From contig CM106586.1 of assembly GCA_048013815.1 (NCBI GenBank), positions 7,254,001 to 7,318,000 of the forward strand: a stretch of 64,000 nucleotides of DNA, written 5' to 3'. Positions within the stretch are counted from its first letter, which is position 1; every line of letters begins with the position of its first letter. A program made the position numbers and the translations under genes. Below, one piece after another: positions 58,125-64,000 of the stretch. The DNA comes from Setoptus koraiensis. Taxonomy: Eukaryota > Animalia > Arthropoda. The notes beneath the pieces were generated by a model, which was given only the letters and a program-made list of their open reading frames with translations, searched no databases and was not told the origin of the DNA.

Positions 58125-59536
58125 TGTTCCGGAATACACAGTGTTGGCGCTCTGTTGTGAACAATGAATGAGAGCTCATTCAGTCGCACTGTTGGCTCTG
58201 CGCTCAAGCGGGTGACACCCACAAAGCCGACTGGAGTGCCAAAGAATTTGGCCGGCAGGCGGCACGCAGGTTGTGCAATGCAAGCGCACAGTGACACCAA
58301 GAGCGCGCCAAATTGATAGACAAGTGAGCGTTGCTGGCATAGTGAAAGTGTTGCTAATTTGACGCCACACAGCACGCCCCTATCGCACATTCACTTTGAG
58401 CCGATTATGTTGCGAGCTACGCATCGGAAAACAGGTGAATTCCAGGCTATTGTTGTTAACATTGGTTAATTAACGCACTCATTAATTAGCTACATCCAAC
58501 GAACAAAGTTGTAAACGGCAACTATAGTGATAATTGCAATAATTTATACTCTCGCAATCGCGTCAGCCATTTGCCAACTGGCTGCCGTCGTCCAATAGCC
58601 AGCCTGTTCATCATTGATGCTCTTACAATCCGCTTTGCAGATATCCGCTCGTGCTCGGGCTTCCCAACAACGAATATCCGCCGAAGCAACCATGTCAGAC
58701 AGTGGAACTATACAGAATAATGCAGCAACTGGCCTGCACGACGAGCCCATGTAACCCGCAATCGTCCGAACCGTCGTATTGCCTCATTATTCATACGAGA
58801 CATTATTCATACGAGACATTATTCATGACGGACGTAATTCTGTGGCGAGAATCAGATACCGAGAAAGAATCACCCGCTGAGAATGCGCGAACAGTGTACT
58901 AGTTGATCATTGGTCGTTTATTTAACTAATTATATAGTAGTGTGTTGAGACAAAAAGAATACTGTTTTCTACCCAATCATTGAATCATTTTCTCATTGAG
59001 TAAAGTGTCTAAGAGGTGCGAGTAAGTGGTTGCAGCTTGCTGATTCTAATCTAATATATTATTATCAATAATAAAATAGATTATATATGGTGACTGACTT
59101 ATTACAGATGTGTGCGTGTTGGATGTTGCGGAATCATCAGTGTTACAGATAGTGCCAAGGGGAATATTGGTCCATGTTGCAGTTGAGATAAATCAAATGT
59201 GGCTGTTGTTGTTTGTGGCTGTCCTCGCTTCGTTGTTTACAATATTTTAATAGTTGCAGTAGTAGTAGTAGTAGTTGTAGTGGTCAAATCAAATTATCAA
59301 AATTATTGAGATTGGGAAAAAACAATGGTCACACAGTTAGTTATGTGTGTGTATATAGTTTGTATTCTTTAATTGACCATTGTCTTGGTTGCGGCTGGTT
59401 ATTGTATAATAATGTCACGTGTATTGTGTATTGTAAAGCTCAAGCGATCTAATCTGAATTTTGATCTGCGATCATTATGTGAGACACGGACATACAAACA
59501 TTACATACAGCTAGTGGTCGTGGTCATCATAATCAA

Positions 59537-62500
59537 TCAGTATAAAATTGATTGTTGTTGCGATTGTGAACTCTTGGTAGCTAAACGCGATTTGGCACTT
59601 GGTGAAAGTCTAACTGGGCCCGAATTTGAGCTGCCTGAATTTCCGTTTGTTGTTGGCTTGGCGGCGCCACCTTTCACTCCGCTCAACGACTGCTGCTGTT
59701 GGGGCCTCTGTTGTTGTTGTTGTTGGGGTCTGGCTTGTTGGGCTCTGGCGGGCGCTGCCGGTGTGGAGGGCTTGTTGAAACCGTCGTCGTCGTTGCTGCC
59801 GGCGTTGCTCGTGTCAACTTGCTGTTGTTGTTGTTGTTGTGGTTTATCACTGCTGTCATTATCACTTGAACCTAGTAAACTATCACCCAATTGTTGTTGT
59901 TGTTGTTCGGTTGTTGAATCAACGGCGGCTGATTGGTTCGAGTCTGTGGTGGACACTGCAGCTTGTTGTTGCGGTCTCTGCGATTGACCCCCCTTGCTGG
60001 CCGGAGCGAATGCGGGTGCGGCTTGCTGACGGCTCGCTTGTTGTTGCGCCTTCAATGCCGGCGACACGGGTCTCGACACAAACTGGCCACTGGGTCTGGC
60101 CTGGTTTTGTTGTCTCAACGGCTGCTCGCTGGCCGGTTGTTGTTGTTGTTGTTTTGTTTGTTGGCCGCTAACTGCACTTGTTGCTCTCACTGGTTGTTGT
60201 GCTCCGCTCGACTTTGTTTGTCCGGTAACTCGTGCCGCTGGCGACACTGCCGCCTGGCTCGACGATAATTGCCCAGCTGAGCTACCCTTGACTGGAGCAG
60301 CGGCCACGGGAGCGGCTGCGGCGCCACGAGCAGGCGACTGGGCGGCTGCGGTCTTGACACTGGCCGCTCGGCCGCTGTTGCCGTTGTTGGCTAGACCGGC
60401 CGATGATACCGGCGCTGGTCGGAACGATGATGATTTTGTCGATTGTGGTTGCACAGCTCTGACGGGTGCCTGCTGCTGCTGCTCGCCGCTTGAGCTCAAT
60501 GATTGGGCCGACGGACGACTAGCGGACAATGGTTGCTGCTGTTGAGCGGTCTTGGCGCTGGCTCGGGACACCGATGGGCGTTGCGGCTGCTGCTGCTGAA
60601 CTTGTGCGGCTGGTGCCCGCGCGGTACCTTTGGTAGCTCTCAGTGGCTGCTCCTGTGCTGCCACTGGCTCTTGGAATCGGGCTACGGGTGCGGGTGCCCG
60701 GCTTGCCGAGCTGCCCTTGCTGGCGCCCACTTGGCGCGGTCCGCTGGTCAATGGGGCCGCCGACTGGGCGGCGCCCGATGATTTGGTTGCTTGTTGGGCG
60801 CGGGCACGTTGAACGCTGAGGGCCTCTTGCACGGGCAGCGGCTCGAACGGTGCGGGCGGCCTGGCCTGGAAGGTCGGCTCAAATAGGGGCGCCTGCTGGA
60901 CGACGGGCACCTGTTGTGGTTGCAGGTCTGGTTGGAGAAACTCTTGTTGTTGCTGTTGTTGCGGCACAAACAGTTGTTGTTGTGGTGCAAACTGTTGTTG
61001 TGGGGCAAACTGTTGTTGTGGTGCAAATAGTTGTTGTTGTGGTGCGAATTGTTGTTGCTGTTGTTGTGGTGCAAACAGTTGTTGTTGCTGGACAAATTGT
61101 TGCTGTTGCGGGACGAACAGTTGCTGTTGTGGGGCGAATTGTTGTTGTTGCTGTTGCGGCACAAACAGTTGCTGTTGTGGGGCGAATTGTTGTTGTTGCT
61201 GTTGCGGCACAAACAGTTGCTGTTGTGGGGCGAATTGTTGCTGTTGTCGGACGGGTGCCGGCGCAGCCTTCACTGGCTGTTGTTGTTGTCTGGTTGGCGC
61301 GGGCGACTTGCTCGACGAGCCTCGTCCGAACGAGCTCTTCTGTTGGCCGGGCGACACGAACAAGCGACCATTGGGCGCCTGACCCGACAGCTTGGAGCTG
61401 GAGCCCTTGGCGGCGCCGCTGGGCCGGCTGGTGCTGGTGGTTGTTGGCGCCCTGGTGGTGGTGGTTGTTGGTGCTTGTGTGGTGGTGGTGGTGGACGATT
61501 GTTGCTCATCGCCACTGTCCGACGATATCTGCGACTGACCGCTGCCCGAGTCGTCTGAGTTACCTGTCGAGCTTGGGCCGCTAGAACCACTGAGATCATT
61601 TGTGTTGTCTTGCTGTTGCTGTTGCGAGTCCTCGGATAGCTGAGAAACTGGGCCGCTCGTGGTGGTGGTTGTTGGCGCCCTAGTGGTTGTTGTTGTTGTT
61701 GTGAACACTGGCCTTCTCGAGGGTCGGTTGCCAAAAGTGGGTCGCCGGGTTGTGGTGGTGGTTGGTGCGGCCGTTGTTGCCGATTCTAGGTCCTGTTGTT
61801 GCTGCTCGTCTTGCTGCTGCTGCTGCTGGGAGCTCGAGCTGTCGTCGCCCGAGTTGCTGCCTGAGTCAACTCCCGACGAAGACGAGTCCCCACCGGAAGA
61901 GCTGTCGTCGCTGCCGCCATTGTTTTGTTGTTGTAGGTCGGCTGAGTCGTTGTTGCCGTTGCCGCTGTCCTGCGACAAGTCGCCTCCGTTCACAACCTGT
62001 TGTATCTGTTCTGGTGCAGATGTGCTGGTTGTTGTGGTGCTTGTCACGGGCCTTCGTCCGGCGCCGGTCGGTCTCGACGAGCCCGAAGAGCCCGAAGAGC
62101 CGGATGAGCCGGATGAACCGGATGAGCCGGATGAGCCCGACGAGCCCGATGAGCCCGGGCCGGTCGGTCGTCGGCCGCTCGACGACGAGCCGCTTGTGGG
62201 TCGCTGCGGTTGCTGGTCGACCTCTTGCTCTTGCTGCTGCTGCGAGCCCGAGTTGTCGCCCAGATCGGACGAGCCCGAGTCGTCGTTGGTCTGCTGTTGC
62301 TGCTGCTGCTCAACGGGGCTCTCGGTTGTTGTTGTGGTGGTGCTAGTTGTTGATGGTCGCGACGAGCTGCCCGTCGGTCGGCCACCCGAAGTTGGTCTCG
62401 ACGAGCCCGACGAGCCCGATGAGCCCGATGAGCCCGACGAGCTCGAGCCGGTCGGTCGTCGGCCGCCGCTGGGTCGCTGGCCGCCGCTCGATCCAGACAG

Positions 62501-64000
62501 GCTGGGTCGTCTGGTTGTTGTGCTGGTGGTTGTTGTGGTGGTTGTTGGTCTGGACAGTTCCTGATCTTGATTGAGATCGTTATCGTTTTGTTGTTGTTGG
62601 TCGTCGATGTCGCCTCCGTTTTGTTGTTGAACGTCGTCGTCGGCGCCGCCCAATTGTTGCTGACCGCTCACCGGGCCGCTGCTTCCGCCGTTGGCGCTGC
62701 TTCCGCTGCTGCCGCCGTTGGTGCCGCTTGCGCCGCTCTGAGTGGGCCGCTGTGCGCCGTTGCCCGAGCTGGGCAATCGTCCGCTAGAGGCGGGCCTCGA
62801 CGGGGCGCTCGTGGTCGTGGACACGGGCTCCTCGTCGCCCCCGTTTTGTTGTTGCACATTGTCGCCGCTGCCGGTGTTGTCCTGCTGCGTTTGCTGATTT
62901 GCATCAGAGTCGCCGCTGTCGCTGCCGGATCCGCTGTTGTTGCCGCTGTTGTTGGCGGTGTTGCCCGAGTTTTGGTCGGCCGATTGCTCGAACGAGCCAT
63001 TATCGCCGTTGTTTGTTTGTTGTTGGTCGTCGTCGTTGGTCTGTTGCTCTTGCTGCTGAGCGCTGGACGCGGACTCAGTGGTGGTTGTTGTGGTGCTTGG
63101 CGCGTCGCTCGCCGTTGTGGAGCCGCTGTCAGAGTCGCCGTTTTGTTGTTGCTGCTGCTGCTGATCGTCACCTGTCGAACCGGAAGTTGTCTGATTGTTA
63201 TCTGAGCCGCCTGAGCTGTTGTTACCGTTTGATTGTTGTTCTTCGTCGCCGCCGTTCTGCACTTGGCTGTCGTCGCTGCTAATTGGCTGTTGCGAGCTTG
63301 GTGTAGATGTGGTGGTTGTAGTTGTGGTTGTCGTGGATGTTGTTGGACGCTGACCGCTGCCGGCGGCGGCGCCGCTCGACGGTCGCTGCGAGCCGCCCGC
63401 TTGCGGTCTGTTGGAGCTGGGCGAGGGACGCGACGGACGATTGTTTCCATTGTTTGTGCCCTTGCCCGTTAGCGGCCTGGCCGTAGTTGTTGTTGTTGTG
63501 GTTGTTGTTGCTGTTGTGCCAGATGATTGCTCGTCACCGGTATCGGTCAGTTCCGATTGGCCGCCATTATCTTGACCGTCATCTGACTGCTGCTGCTGTT
63601 GCTGTTGTGGTTGTTGCTCGAATTGTGCGCCACCGTCCGATTGGCTTGATGACACCTGCTGCTGCTGAATTGGCTGCTGTTGCTGTTGCGCTCGGGTCTT
63701 GCCGTTGACCGACGGGCTCGCAGACCACAATTGTCTTGGCGCTGGCTGGCTGGCGTCGGGCGCCGCCGCTGCCGCCGAGCGGAAGCCCGAGTTGGGATTT
63801 GTCACTACGACGATCTGTCCGTTGCCGCCCGATGTCACAACGGTGGAACCGCCACCGCCGCCGTTTATTGGCCGACCGTAGCCATTGTTGAAGCCGCCTC
63901 CGTTGATGGGACGGTTTCCGAAGCCGCCGTTTCCGTAGCCGCCGTTGCCGTAGCCGTTTCCGTAACCGGGGCCGTAGCCGTCGCCGTAGCCCGGTCCGTA
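59537..64000 (-). CDS. Large modular low-complexity structural protein (Gly-Tyr, Thr, Ser-Gly and Gln-rich; mucin/cuticle/silk-like), 5'-truncated by the window edge, at least 1487 aa
   Basis: The frame is open from 64000 (YGPGYGDGYGPGYGNGYGNGGYGNGGFGNRPINGGGFNNGYGRPINGGGGGSTVVTSGGNGQIVVVTNP...) into the 1433-aa track ORF, ending ...SQQQSILY*. It has recurrent T-tract/RRP, (SGS)n, DDQQQQ and FAPQQQLFVPQQQ modules. Confidence 0.85.
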   Translation of the reverse strand, partial: YGPGYGDGYGPGYGNGYGNGGYGNGGFGNRPINGGGFNNGYGRPINGGGGGSTVVTSGGNGQIVVVTNPNSGFRSAAAAAPDASQPAPRQLWSASPSVNGKTRAQQQQQPIQQQQVSSSQSDGGAQFEQQPQQQQQQQSDDGQDNGGQSELTDTGDEQSSGTTATTTTTTTTTARPLTGKGTNNGNNRPSRPSPSSNRPQAGGSQRPSSGAAAGSGQRPTTSTTTTTTTTTSTPSSQQPISSDDSQVQNGGDEEQQSNGNNSSGGSDNNQTTSGSTGDDQQQQQQQNGDSDSGSTTASDAPSTTTTTTESASSAQQQEQQTNDDDQQQTNNGDNGSFEQSADQNSGNTANNSGNNSGSGSDSGDSDANQQTQQDNTGSGDNVQQQNGGDEEPVSTTTSAPSRPASSGRLPSSGNGAQRPTQSGASGTNGGSSGSSANGGSSGPVSGQQQLGGADDDVQQQNGGDIDDQQQQNDNDLNQDQELSRPTTTTTTTSTTTRRPSLSGSSGGQRPSGGRRPTGSSSSGSSGSSGSSGSSRPTSGGRPTGSSSRPSTTSTTTTTTESPVEQQQQQQTNDDSGSSDLGDNSGSQQQQEQEVDQQPQRPTSGSSSSGRRPTGPGSSGSSGSSGSSGSSGSSGSSGSSGSSRPTGAGRRPVTSTTTTSTSAPEQIQQVVNGGDLSQDSGNGNNDSADLQQQNNGGSDDSSSGGDSSSSGVDSGSNSGDDSSSSQQQQQQDEQQQQDLESATTAAPTTTTTRRPTFGNRPSRRPVFTTTTTTTRAPTTTTTSGPVSQLSEDSQQQQQDNTNDLSGSSGPSSTGNSDDSGSGQSQISSDSGDEQQSSTTTTTQAPTTTTTRAPTTTSTSRPSGAAKGSSSKLSGQAPNGRLFVSPGQQKSSFGRGSSSKSPAPTRQQQQPVKAAPAPVRQQQQFAPQQQLFVPQQQQQQFAPQQQLFVPQQQQQQFAPQQQLFVPQQQQFVQQQQLFAPQQQQQQFAPQQQLFAPQQQFAPQQQFAPQQQLFVPQQQQQQEFLQPDLQPQQVPVVQQAPLFEPTFQARPPAPFEPLPVQEALSVQRARAQQATKSSGAAQSAAPLTSGPRQVGASKGSSASRAPAPVARFQEPVAAQEQPLRATKGTARAPAAQVQQQQPQRPSVSRASAKTAQQQQPLSASRPSAQSLSSSGEQQQQAPVRAVQPQSTKSSSFRPAPVSSAGLANNGNSGRAASVKTAAAQSPARGAAAAPVAAAPVKGSSAGQLSSSQAAVSPAARVTGQTKSSGAQQPVRATSAVSGQQTKQQQQQPASEQPLRQQNQARPSGQFVSRPVSPALKAQQQASRQQAAPAFAPASKGGQSQRPQQQAAVSTTDSNQSAAVDSTTEQQQQQLGDSLLGSSDNDSSDKPQQQQQQQVDTSNAGSNDDDGFNKPSTPAAPARAQQARPQQQQQQRPQQQQSLSGVKGGAAKPTTNGNSGSSNSGPVRLSPSAKSRLATKSSQSQQQSILY
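60950..61250 (-). repeat. Coding tandem repeat encoding (QQQQFAPQQQLFVP)n, about 48-bp unit
   Basis: tgctgttgcggcacaaacagttgctgttgtggggcgaattgttgttgt recurs in near-identical copies, followed by degenerate shorter units. Confidence 0.85.

Noticed and set aside
59373-63881. Numerous plus-strand and alternative-frame ORFs (poly-C, poly-V, poly-L, EPDEPD)
   Set aside because: Antisense or frame shadows of the repetitive 59537-64000 CDS.

Overview
Eukaryotic (animal, very probably arthropod) genomic DNA. The mostly intronless conserved genes, CpG-rich non-coding DNA and abundant CAA/poly-Q tracts suggest a streamlined mite-like genome, possibly eriophyoid; that assignment is inference only. About 1-36 kb has no recognisable protein-coding gene. 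The first ~26 kb is GC/CpG-rich and full of GGGCCC/GCCGGC palindromes, 12-27 bp tandem mini-repeats and several perfect fold-back palindromes, plus a few orphan splice signals. About 37-64 kb holds a compact gene cluster. (1) An intronless unkempt-family CCCH zinc-finger gene (+) is internally duplicated head-to-tail (1926-bp period) in one open frame and has no RING domain. (2) A convergent two-exon Phox2/PHDP-type paired-like homeobox gene (-) has a 57-Gln tract and the canonical codon 46/47 homeobox intron. (3) A Ser/Thr/Gln-rich ORF (-). (4) A small three-exon secreted Gly/Tyr-rich protein (-) with a TATA box. (5) A miniature Polybromo/BAF180 (-) has one BD5-like bromodomain, an HMG box and the conserved C-terminus, but no BAH domains. 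(6) A >1487-aa modular Gly-Tyr/Thr/Ser/Gln-rich structural protein (-) runs off the right edge. The strongest novelty candidates are the doubled RING-less Unkempt, the mini-Polybromo and the putative cluster of low-complexity structural (cuticle/silk/glue-like) proteins. No CRISPR array, rRNA, tRNA or transposase/RT ORF was recognised.
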